DNA of 64,000 bases from Elusimicrobiota bacterium (GTDB lineage: Bacteria; Elusimicrobiota; Elusimicrobia; UBA1565; UBA9628): assembly GCA_003151975.1 (NCBI GenBank), contig PLZD01000031.1, positions 6,571 through 70,570 of the forward strand, in the 5' to 3' direction. The notes below the pieces were generated by a model, which did no database searches, was not told the DNA's origin, and saw only the letters and a program-made list of their open reading frames with translations. Within the stretch, counting starts at the first letter, position 1, and each line of letters opens with the position of its first letter. A program made the position numbers and the translations under genes. This document shows positions 55,527 through 62,752 of the stretch, in pieces.

Positions 55527-56201
55527 ATGCTCAGCATGCTCCGCAAGATTCCGTTTCTGGGCCAGCTCAAGCCCAAGGACCTGCGCGAGGTCCACAAGAT
55601 TTCGAAGATCCGGGAGTACGGCCCCGGCGAGATCATCTTCACGAAGGCGCAGTCGGCCAATCAAATGTTCGTCGTGCTCTCCGGCCGCATCAAGATCTTC
55701 ACGCACTCGGGCGGCAAGAAGCGCAAGACCTTCGCGTATCTCGAGCCCGGAGACTTCTTCGGAGAAATGGCCCTGCTCGAGGGCAAGTCCCGCTCGGCGT
55801 CGGCCGAAGCGGTCAGCTACTCGCGCCTGCTCGTCATCACCAACACCGAGTTCCGCAAGCTCCTGATGAACGATCCCGAGCTCACGATGTATCTCATGAA
55901 GACCGTCTGCGCGCGCCTGCGCAAGGCCAATGAGGCCATCGAAGGCATGATGTTCCGCAACATCCTCGGCCGCGTGGCCCAGGCGCTCACCGAGCTCGGT
56001 CGGCGCGGGCGCAAGATTCGCGGCGGCATCGAGCTCAACGAGCACTACACTCAGCAGGAGCTCGCCGATCTCGTCGGCACGACCCGCGAGCCGCTCACGC
56101 GCGCGCTCTCCACTTTGCGCCGCGTCCAGCTCATCGAAAGCTCCGATGGCCGCTACTTCATCAAGGATCCGGTCAAGCTCGGGGCCATCGGCCTAGTTTG
56201 A
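55527..56201 (+). CDS. Crp/Fnr-family transcriptional regulator
   Basis: cNMP-binding motif GDFFGEMALLEG..RSASA plus a C-terminal HTH (TQQELADLVGTTREPLTRALSTL). Confidence 0.85.
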   Translation: MLSMLRKIPFLGQLKPKDLREVHKISKIREYGPGEIIFTKAQSANQMFVVLSGRIKIFTHSGGKKRKTFAYLEPGDFFGEMALLEGKSRSASAEAVSYSRLLVITNTEFRKLLMNDPELTMYLMKTVCARLRKANEAIEGMMFRNILGRVAQALTELGRRGRKIRGGIELNEHYTQQELADLVGTTREPLTRALSTLRRVQLIESSDGRYFIKDPVKLGAIGLV

Positions 56202-58006
56202 TGGCTCACCCGCTGGCCACCGGGCTTCGCACGCATCCCTGCGCCGTCCTGACGGCGCAAGACGACCAGAAAGAAGTCACGCTCGCCGGCTGGGTCGACT
56301 CGCGCCGCGACCACGGCGGCCTATACTTCTTCGATCTGCGCGACCGTTCCGGGCTCGTCCAGGTCGTCGCCGAGCCCGAGCACGCCGAAGTCTTCAAGAC
56401 CGCCGAGGGCTTGGGCGCGGAATGCGTCGTCCAAGTGACCGGCGTCGTTCGCCGCCGCCCGAAGGGGGGAGAGAATCCGAAACTCCCGACCGGCGAGATC
56501 GAGATCGCGGCCAAGTCCATCAAGGTCCTCAGCGTCTCAAAGCCGCTTCCCTTCGACATCGCCGAGAACTCCACCGTCAGCGAAGAGAATCGTCTCAAGT
56601 ACCGCTTTCTCGATCTGCGCCGGCGCAAGATGCTCGGCAATCTCACGACGCGCCACACGGTCGCGATGGCCGCGCGCAACGCGCTCGCCGCCGACGGCTT
56701 CATCGAAGTCGAGACGCCGATGCTCACCAAGGCCACGCCCGAGGGCGCGCGCGACTTCCTTGTACCGTCTCGATTGTCGCCGGGGAACTTCTACGCCCTG
56801 CCGCAGTCGCCGCAGATCTTCAAACAGATTCTGATGGTCTCCGGCATCGAGCGCTACTTTCAGCTCGCTCGCGCTTTCCGCGACGAGGACCTGCGGGCCG
56901 ACCGCCAGCCCGAGCACACCCAGATCGACGTCGAGATGAGCTTCGTGACGGAGGCCGACGTCCACGCGGCCGCGGAAAAGATGATGAAGGCCATCTTCAA
57001 GGCGGCGGTCGGCATCGATCTATCGACGCCGTTTCCGCGCCTGGACTACGTCGACGCGATGCGGCGCTTCGGCTCGGACAAGCCCGACCAGCGCTTCGGG
57101 TACGAGATCGTCGATCTGACGGACGTTTTCAAAGACTCGCAGTTCAAGGTCTTCGGCGAGAACGCCCGCGGCGGGGGCGCCGTGCGCGCGATCTCGTGCG
57201 CGGCCGAGTTCTCGCGCTCCGAGGTCGACAAGCTGACCGATCTCGCCAAAGCCCACGGCGCCAAGGGTCTGGCCTGGATCAAGTGGACCACCGCCGGGCC
57301 CGAGTCGCCGATCTTGAAGTTCCTGTCGGGCGGGGAGATCGAGAACATCAAGGAAAAGACCGGCGCCCAACCCGGCTGGTACAGTTTCTTCGGCGCCGAC
57401 AAGGACGCCTCGGTCTCCACGACTCTCGGAGCGATCCGCAAGGAGCTCATCAACAAACTCAAGCCCAAGCCTTCGACTCCCTGGCACTTCTGCTGGATCA
57501 CGCACTTCCCGCTGCTCGAGTGGGAGCCCGAGGAGAAGCGCTGGACCTTCGCGCACAATCCCTTCACCGCGCCGCTCGAAGACGAAATTCCGAAGCTCGA
57601 TACCGAGCCGGGCATGGTCCGCTCGCACCAGTACGATCTCGTCTTGAATGGCGTCGAACTCGCTTCGGGCTCGATCCGCAACCACCGCGCCGATCTGCAG
57701 CGCAAGATTTTCGGTCTCATGGGCTTCGACGCGGACGAGCAGATGCGGCAGTTCGGACTGCTGCTCAACGCGCTCGACTTCGGCGCGCCGCCGCACGGCG
57801 GCTTTGGCATGGGCCTCGACCGCCTCTGCGCGCTCCTCTGCGGCGAAGACTCGATCCGCGAGGTCATCGCCTTCCCGAAGACGCAGAAGGGCACCTGCCC
57901 GCTCTCCGAAGCTCCCGGGCCGGTCAAGCCCAAGCAACTGAAAGAACTCCACATCAAAATAGATCTGCCGCCGGTCAAACCGGCGGCAGACCCACAGACC
58001 GCCTAA
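56201..58006 (+). CDS. aspS: Aspartate--tRNA ligase
   Basis: GWVDSRRDHGGLYFFDLRDRSG, FRDEDLRADRQPEHTQID, GGFGMGLDRL. ATG at 56201 (TGATG junction with crp); the track start at 56198 is a TTG. Confidence 0.97.
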   Translation: MAHPLATGLRTHPCAVLTAQDDQKEVTLAGWVDSRRDHGGLYFFDLRDRSGLVQVVAEPEHAEVFKTAEGLGAECVVQVTGVVRRRPKGGENPKLPTGEIEIAAKSIKVLSVSKPLPFDIAENSTVSEENRLKYRFLDLRRRKMLGNLTTRHTVAMAARNALAADGFIEVETPMLTKATPEGARDFLVPSRLSPGNFYALPQSPQIFKQILMVSGIERYFQLARAFRDEDLRADRQPEHTQIDVEMSFVTEADVHAAAEKMMKAIFKAAVGIDLSTPFPRLDYVDAMRRFGSDKPDQRFGYEIVDLTDVFKDSQFKVFGENARGGGAVRAISCAAEFSRSEVDKLTDLAKAHGAKGLAWIKWTTAGPESPILKFLSGGEIENIKEKTGAQPGWYSFFGADKDASVSTTLGAIRKELINKLKPKPSTPWHFCWITHFPLLEWEPEEKRWTFAHNPFTAPLEDEIPKLDTEPGMVRSHQYDLVLNGVELASGSIRNHRADLQRKIFGLMGFDADEQMRQFGLLLNALDFGAPPHGGFGMGLDRLCALLCGEDSIREVIAFPKTQKGTCPLSEAPGPVKPKQLKELHIKIDLPPVKPAADPQTA

Positions 58007-58127
58007 GCAGTCCCGTTTCAGGCGGTAGTCCCCAGTCGGGCATCGACCTAGGTCTTTAGTCCCATGCGCCGTTTTCTCCAGGGCGCTACTCTTTTCGTAA
58101 TGGCGCTCTACCCGAAAGGAGCCAGCC

Positions 58128-58265
58128 GTGGCGACAGTTCAAGATCATCCCGAAATGATGTCGTTGGAAAGGATCGAAGGAGCCGAGGTCCTGGTGCGCG
58201 CGACGAACTTGCGCTACCGGGTCATGGCCGGTTATTGGATCTGCGTCGGCGTCGGGGCCCAATAA
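58128..58265 (+). CDS. Possible small ORF (45 aa), hypothetical
   Basis: Not in the track. AAGGAG lies 6 nt before the GTG at 58128. VATVQDHPEMMSLERIEGAEVLVRATNLRYRVMAGYWICVGVGAQ. The stop codon abuts the terminator hairpin. Confidence 0.35.
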   Translation: MATVQDHPEMMSLERIEGAEVLVRATNLRYRVMAGYWICVGVGAQ

Positions 58266-58290
58266 AAAGCCCTCCTTCCGGAGGGCTTTG
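58264..58290. terminator. Bidirectional intrinsic terminator
   Basis: aaaaAGCCCTCC ttcc GGAGGGCTttg. Lies between the small ORF (+) and the tRNA-like repeat (-). Confidence 0.7.
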
Positions 58291-58291
58291 T

Positions 58292-58340
58292 TCAAACTGG
58301 TGGACGTGACAGGGATCGAACCTGCGATCTCTTCCTTGCG
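58292..58340 (-). repeat. Direct-repeat copy 1: 49 nt equal to tRNA-Ala(CGC) positions 34-76 (anticodon through CCA) plus a 6-nt trailer. No 5' half is present (att-site-like).
   Basis: The minus strand reads CGCAAGGAAGAGATCGCAGGTTCGATCCCTGTCACGTCCACCAGTTTGA. It contains a T-arm GCAGG/TTCGATC/CCTGT, the acceptor 3' strand CACGTCC, discriminator A, and CCA. Confidence 0.7.
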
Positions 58341-58375
58341 GGCCGAGCCCGCAGCCAGTTAGACGTGGGGGTGGC

Positions 58376-59080
58376 CTAGGCCATGGAGGCGATCCGACGC
58401 ATGAGCGCCATGCACCGCTCAGTCCGTTCCGGACCCTCCCTGCCTGGCCGGAGACTCCCTTCAAGAGCTGGGAGGAATCGATCATGAGCCAGAAGCCGCT
58501 TGAACTCTCGGCCAAGGTACTGGCGGACCTCGGCCGCGGCGGCGTCGACCTTCTGCTCGACCTCGGGGCAGCCATCGAGCAAGGCGATGATATCTTCCAG
58601 ATCCTTGCTGGCCTGGAAGTCCTCGCGGCCGCGATCGCGAAAGGCCGCGAGCTTCGACGCAAGCAGGTACGGCAATGAGAAGACCCGGACGCGCTCCTTG
58701 TTCGGGAGAACAACCTCTTCTGCGTTGGCCATGCCGGTGGGATACCATTGATTGCTGAAACCCAGGACCGCGCCCTTAGTCGGCATCACGTCCACCTTGA
58801 TGCCGGAGAACCGCCAGCGGCAGATCGGGGCATCCTCGCCGACTGCGTGCTTGAAGCCGAGCTTGCGGAGTTCAGCCTCAAGCTCGTGGTATTGACCTGT
58901 TCCCGCGATCTCGACCACGCAGTCCACGTCGTCCGTGGGGCGCGTCGCGGGGGCGGCGGGATCGGTGATGAAGAGGTCGACCGTCGCGCCGCCGACAAAG
59001 ACGACCTTCTGCTTGAGGTCCTTGAGACCCTTGGCCACGACGGCCAGCATGGCGACGTTCTTGGAAGTTTTTCTAGGCAT
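58376..59080 (-). CDS. Nucleotidyltransferase-fold protein, AbiEii/AbiGii-toxin-like
   Basis: VFVGGATVDLFITD...TDDVDCVV fits the GG...DxD polymerase-beta-type NTase motif. 234 aa. 8-nt overlap with the upstream wHTH gene. Confidence 0.65.
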   Translation of the reverse strand: MPRKTSKNVAMLAVVAKGLKDLKQKVVFVGGATVDLFITDPAAPATRPTDDVDCVVEIAGTGQYHELEAELRKLGFKHAVGEDAPICRWRFSGIKVDVMPTKGAVLGFSNQWYPTGMANAEEVVLPNKERVRVFSLPYLLASKLAAFRDRGREDFQASKDLEDIIALLDGCPEVEQKVDAAAAEVRQYLGREFKRLLAHDRFLPALEGSLRPGREGPERTERCMALMRRIASMA

Positions 59081-59594
59081 GCAGTCGGCGCTTCAGTTCC
59101 TCGCCAGCCAGCTGGCGTTCGCGCGCCCGGCCGACCCGGAGAGCGTCGACCAGGGCGAGGAGTTGATGGAGCTTGGGGTCCTTGCTGGCGGCCTCGGGGG
59201 CCGATTCGTAGAGAGGCTCGATGGCCTGGCCCCGGACGTTGCCGTGACCCCAAGGCCAGACGTATTGGTCGTCCTTGTTGGACACGATCTCCTTCGAGAG
59301 GGGGAGAGCCGAATGAGCCGTCGGCATCCCGCGGCAGACCCGGCCCGGCGCCGCGGGATAGGCGTACTTGAGGCCATGCAGAATGAACTCCGCGAGCGCC
59401 GGGCGGATTAGCTTCTTCTTCGAACTGTCGAGAAAGCCCGATTTCTTGCTCCGCTCCAGGGACATGCTGACCTCGGAGAGCGAGAGCCCGAGCTCCTGGG
59501 CCAAGTCAACGAGCCGCCAGGAACGGTCCCCGGAGGTCGCCAGCTTGAGCAGCACGAGCACGTCTTGGGGCTTGAGCCCGCCCGATGATCTCAT
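59073..59594 (-). CDS. Winged-helix DNA-binding protein, candidate cognate antitoxin/regulator (AbiEi-like)
   Basis: Start at MRSSGGLKPQDVLVLLKLATSGDRSWRLVDLAQELGLSLSEVSMSLERSKKSGFL (wHTH). Confidence 0.55.
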   Translation of the reverse strand: MRSSGGLKPQDVLVLLKLATSGDRSWRLVDLAQELGLSLSEVSMSLERSKKSGFLDSSKKKLIRPALAEFILHGLKYAYPAAPGRVCRGMPTAHSALPLSKEIVSNKDDQYVWPWGHGNVRGQAIEPLYESAPEAASKDPKLHQLLALVDALRVGRARERQLAGEELKRRLHA

Positions 59595-59600
59595 GTCCCT

Positions 59601-59639
59601 AGTATAACAGGAGATTTCGCATTTTGCAAATCGCGAAAT
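59601..59639 (-). promoter_or_regulatory. Leaderless-type promoter (TGTTATACT, 6 nt before the ATG) with a 26-nt near-palindromic operator
   Basis: The complement of 59601-59609 reads TGTTATACT. The palindrome ATTTCGCGATTTGCAAAATGCGAAAT is the complement of 59614-59639, with 11 of 13 arm positions pairing. Confidence 0.5.
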
Positions 59640-59661
59640 AGAGAGAGGAAACGGACCCAAC

Positions 59662-59696
59662 AAAAAACCGCCCCAGCGAAACCTCCACTGGAGCGG
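59662..59696 (-). terminator. Intrinsic terminator directly downstream of repeat copy 2 (minus strand)
   Basis: Minus strand: CCGCTCCAG tggaggtttcg CTGGGGCGG TTTTTTG. 9-bp stem including one G-U pair. Confidence 0.6.
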
Positions 59697-59699
59697 CCA

Positions 59700-59748
59700 T
59701 CAAACTGGTGGACGTGACAGGGATCGAACCTGCGACCTCTTCCTTGCG
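59700..59748 (-). repeat. Direct-repeat copy 2 of the tRNA-Ala(CGC) 3' half. The upstream sequence does not form a canonical D-arm or acceptor stem.
   Basis: Minus strand: ...GGGCGTAAAAGGGCCTTAGGTCCTT CGC AAGGAAGAGGTCGCAGGTTCGATCCCTGTCACGTCCACCA. The anticodon-loop context TT-CGC-AA is present, but only 3 of 5 anticodon-stem pairs form and there is no D-arm. Confidence 0.6.
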
Positions 59749-59781
59749 AAGGACCTAAGGCCCTTTTACGCCCCCCGACGG

Positions 59782-59814
59782 GGACCCGATTTGGACCCGT
59801 TTCTCGACGAGAAA
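59782..59814. promoter_or_regulatory. Second copy of the bipartite motif: GGACCC-GATTT-GGACCC + palindrome TTTCTCGACGAGAAA
   Basis: Read directly. The palindrome core is the reverse complement of the one at 41366-41380. Confidence 0.5.
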
Positions 59815-59937
59815 CCGGCTTGCATCGGGTTACATGGCCTGACATGGCTTTATGCCGCTTTTCACCGCGACTTGGCATAAACTGCGGACCGTAAATTCAG
59901 TCGTACCACCTCGACTCGGCACCGTCTGAACGGAAAC

Positions 59938-59946
59938 ATTATACCA
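59938..59946 (-). promoter_or_regulatory. Orphan extended -10 box TGGTATAAT on the minus strand, pointing toward repeat copy 2
   Basis: The complement of 59938-59946. No convincing ORF lies downstream before the tRNA-like element. Confidence 0.4.
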
Positions 59947-60023
59947 GACGATCGCCTCCTGGCGTTCAACGAAGTTCGTTATGACCTCACCTTCGAGACC
60001 GTAGAAATTTGAGCGATCCTTGA

Positions 60024-60053
60024 TTGGACTTTCGCGGGGTCTCGCCATATAAT
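60024..60053 (+). promoter_or_regulatory. Promoter TTGGAC-18 nt-TATAAT for the gene at 60144 (about 85-nt leader containing a GTCTC/GAGAC hairpin)
   Basis: TTGGAC at 60024-60029 and TATAAT at 60048-60053. GGGAGGAGGA Shine-Dalgarno sequence before the ATG at 60144. Confidence 0.5.
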
Positions 60054-60143
60054 CGGGACAAGTATGCAACGCGGCGACCCTGAAATAATTTCGTTGCCGG
60101 AAGCTCCAGAAGAGTCTCGCCCGGGAGACCGGGAGGAGGACAT

Positions 60144-60713
60144 ATGAGAAAACACAACAAGCCGTGGAAGGCGCTGCAGGATGGTCTCTCGGAAGCCATC
60201 AAAGGGGCGGGCGACGTCGGCGTCGCCATCGTCGACACCGTCGCCGACATGCTAGGGGTCGCGCTCCAGGACTCGGGAAAGCTCGGCGCTTCCGCGCTGG
60301 GCACCGTCTCCGAGATCGCGGGCGCCGTAGTCCAGGCGGCCGCGAAAGTCGGCGGGGAGATTGGCCTGGTGGCCAAGGGCTTCCTGCTCGGCCTGCTGAG
60401 AGCTACTGAAGAGACCGGGGAGGAGGCGTTGGCGACTATCGGCCACGCCGCCGGGTCTTTCATGAAGCAGACCGGCGCGGTGGGCGGCGACCTTTGCGCC
60501 GCGGCCACCGGGCTCGTTGAGGGCGCGATCGCGCTCGCCAAGGAGCTCGGCCTCGACGCGGTCGATGCCGGCTCGACGGCCGCGCAGGCGGCGCTGGAGG
60601 CGGCCTACGAAGTGAGCGCCACCGCGGGCGACAAGGTCCGTGACGCGCTCAAGGGTACCATCTCGGGCATCAAGGTGGTGCTCAAGGAGCCCTTCCGGAC
60701 GCCGGACCGCTGA
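60144..60713 (+). CDS. Hypothetical Ala/Gly-rich helical-repeat protein
   Basis: 189 aa, strong Shine-Dalgarno sequence, repetitive A/G/V-rich amphipathic segments. I recognise no family. Confidence 0.6.
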   Translation: MRKHNKPWKALQDGLSEAIKGAGDVGVAIVDTVADMLGVALQDSGKLGASALGTVSEIAGAVVQAAAKVGGEIGLVAKGFLLGLLRATEETGEEALATIGHAAGSFMKQTGAVGGDLCAAATGLVEGAIALAKELGLDAVDAGSTAAQAALEAAYEVSATAGDKVRDALKGTISGIKVVLKEPFRTPDR

Positions 60714-60787
60714 CAACGTGGCACACGGGATCAGGTCCCGGGGGATTCTGACCCCCGGGGCCGCCCGGGGACTTCCCAGGAGGACCT

Positions 60788-61264
60788 ATGAAGAGAATAT
60801 TCTTGGCGCTGACCATCCTCATGACGGGCAGTACGGTCTGGGCACAGCAAGCCGGGCAGTTCGGCGCGGGTGTCATCCTTGGTGATCCGACCGGACTGAC
60901 CGTCAAGTATTGGCTCGACGGCACGAAGGCCATCGACGCCGGCGTCGGGTTCAGCGGGGACGCGACCCTCTATACCGACTTCCTCTGGCACAGCTGGGAC
61001 ATCCTGCCGCAGCCCAAGCAGGGTAAGCTGGGCCTGTATGTCGGGGGCGGTCCTCAGATCGATACCGAGGATTCGACGGAATTCGGTATCCGTGCGATTG
61101 GGGGCATCGACTATTGGATCGCCAACCACCCCATCGAGCTGTTCCTCGAAGGAGGCCCGGCGTTCATGCTGACGACCGAGAACGATGAAGACCGCGAGAT
61201 AGACTTCAACGCCGGTCTCGGCGTGAGGTTCTACTTCGGCGTGACCGGAGGCGGGAAGAAGTGA
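60788..61264 (+). CDS. Small outer-membrane beta-barrel protein
   Basis: Signal peptide MKRIFLALTILMTGSTVWAQQ. Alternating beta-strand pattern. C-terminal GLGVRFYFG. Confidence 0.7.
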   Translation: MKRIFLALTILMTGSTVWAQQAGQFGAGVILGDPTGLTVKYWLDGTKAIDAGVGFSGDATLYTDFLWHSWDILPQPKQGKLGLYVGGGPQIDTEDSTEFGIRAIGGIDYWIANHPIELFLEGGPAFMLTTENDEDREIDFNAGLGVRFYFGVTGGGKK

Positions 61265-61279
61265 TTTCCCGAAATCGCC

Positions 61280-61963
61280 ATGAGGAATCCCGCGGCGATG
61301 TGCCTCCTCTGCTTGAGCGCGTTGGCTTGGGCGACGGAGGAGGGAACTGAGAATCCGTCACCGACGGCACAGTCGTCGGGGGCGGACCCGGCCCACCAGC
61401 GCACCTTCCGGATCATGCTGTCTCAATCGGAGAAGATCGACCGCTACGATGCGCTGATCCTCAGATACTCTCAGAACCGGCGGCTTAATCCGCGCCTGGT
61501 CAAATCCGTCATCGCCGCTGAGTCCGGGTTCTACAAGGGGGCGCTGTCCCCCAAAGGAGCCCGAGGCTTGATGCAGATCTTGCCGCGGACCGCCGAGGAG
61601 ATGGGAGTGAATCCCGAACAGCTCCGTGACCCGGAGTCTAACCTGCGCGCCGGGACGGCATACCTGAGCTGGCTATACCGGACGGCTTGGAAGGCGTACG
61701 GGCTTGAAGGCGTCAGTTTTCGCGATGGGCCGCCGTGGGCTCAGCGCCGAGTGATCGCCGCCTATAACGGCGGACCGAGACAGCTCTATCGGCGACAATG
61801 GCCGAGGCAGACACAGCTCTACGTGCGGGAGGTCATGCTCTACTACCGCTCGCCGGTGACGACTTTGCGTGCGCGGCGGCTTCCTTTGGCTCCGGCGCTT
61901 CCCTCCGCCGCACTGACCGCGTGTTTCCCTGAACCGGAGGGCCCTGGGCGAAAGGTTTTGTAA
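61280..61963 (+). CDS. Lytic transglycosylase (SLT domain) protein
   Basis: VKSVIAAESGFYKGALSPKGARGLMQILPRTA ... AYNGGP motifs. Confidence 0.85.
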   Translation: MRNPAAMCLLCLSALAWATEEGTENPSPTAQSSGADPAHQRTFRIMLSQSEKIDRYDALILRYSQNRRLNPRLVKSVIAAESGFYKGALSPKGARGLMQILPRTAEEMGVNPEQLRDPESNLRAGTAYLSWLYRTAWKAYGLEGVSFRDGPPWAQRRVIAAYNGGPRQLYRRQWPRQTQLYVREVMLYYRSPVTTLRARRLPLAPALPSAALTACFPEPEGPGRKVL

Positions 61964-62049
61964 GAGAATTGAGCGGCGTTTTGTTTTGGCGGAGGTATAT
62001 TATCATCAGGACCTAGACCAGTTCCTCAAGGCCGGAAGGAGGCTTCAAC

Positions 62050-62700
62050 ATGGAGACTGAGATGCGAGGATCGTTCGGCTGGCGATTGGTCCTTCTGGAG
62101 TTATGCGCTGTGTCCATCGCGGCCGGCGGCTCCATGGATTGGGAGCAGGCGCGCCGCTTCGCCGCCCAGGCCGAGCCTGCGCCCTGGACGAAAGACATCG
62201 TGTCAGCCCATATCTCGGACTGGCCGGAAATTCCGAGGCTCGAGGCCGGCAAGATCATGGACAAGTACGGCCTCCCGGACGAGATCACGGCCAATTCGCT
62301 CGTCTGGAAAGAGCGCGAGGATTGGTCGAGGGTGGCGCTTTATCGCAACGAGGATTTCGCGCACCGCTCGGGCGTGCTCGAACAGAGCATCGACTACGCG
62401 GTTCCGATGGACCGCTGGCGGGACTTGAACGCCCTGGATATCGGCGTCTCCTATGTCCCCGAGGAAGAAATTCTGGTGGCCAGCTCCGAGAGCGAGGAAA
62501 TCAATACGCTCGCTCTCAATATCGTCGTGGACGTGGTCAAGGGCCGGCGCCAGGTCGAGGTGGCGCGGAACTTTTACCGCAGAACCCTCGACCTGGCCCT
62601 GTCGGGGAAGTCTTCGCGCTATACGCGGGGATTGCTTTTCTCTCCCGAGCGGCACCGGACCACGCGACGGCCGCCGTGGCCCCAGCAGCTCAGGCCGTAG
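62050..62700 (+). CDS. Hypothetical secreted protein
   Basis: 216 aa, GGAGG Shine-Dalgarno sequence, hydrophobic N-terminus. I recognise no motif. Confidence 0.5.
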   Translation: METEMRGSFGWRLVLLELCAVSIAAGGSMDWEQARRFAAQAEPAPWTKDIVSAHISDWPEIPRLEAGKIMDKYGLPDEITANSLVWKEREDWSRVALYRNEDFAHRSGVLEQSIDYAVPMDRWRDLNALDIGVSYVPEEEILVASSESEEINTLALNIVVDVVKGRRQVEVARNFYRRTLDLALSGKSSRYTRGLLFSPERHRTTRRPPWPQQLRP

Positions 62701-62752
62701 TCACTATAGAAGGATTTGGCGCGGCTGTAATAAGTTATAGAATGGGGCATCA

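Larger units (their letters stand above)
58292..59748 (-). mobile_element. About 1.46-kb islet bounded by 49-nt tRNA-Ala 3'-half direct repeats. It carries only a two-gene AbiE-like toxin-antitoxin module and no integrase (a remnant or a mobilisable mini-island).
   Basis: The repeats 58292-58340 and 59700-59748 match at 48 of 49 positions (T/C difference at 58328 versus 59736). Each repeat is followed, on the minus strand, by its own terminator. Confidence 0.55.

Noticed and set aside
59700-59776. An intact tRNA-Ala gene at repeat copy 2, or at copy 1 (58292-58370).
   Set aside because: Only positions 34-76 look like a tRNA. Upstream of copy 2 there is no D-arm and the anticodon stem has 3 of 5 pairs. 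Upstream of copy 1 is the 3' end of the nucleotidyltransferase CDS. I call both 3'-half repeats until tRNAscan-SE says otherwise.
59703-60020. tmRNA (ssrA) on the minus strand ending in the T-arm/ACCA of repeat copy 2.
   Set aside because: - No 5' acceptor strand (GGGCGTG or GGACGTG) lies within about 350 nt.
- There is no GGxTTCGAC-like D-loop analogue.
- There is no tag reading frame ending in a typical ...LAA stop.
- The identical 3' module is duplicated 1.4 kb away, which fits an att repeat better.
59830-60069. 79-aa minus-strand ORF in the low-GC spacer.
   Set aside because: It has no Shine-Dalgarno sequence or -10 box next to its start. It overlaps the divergent promoter of the 60144 gene, its composition is atypical, and it runs through obvious hairpins. 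It is more likely non-coding.
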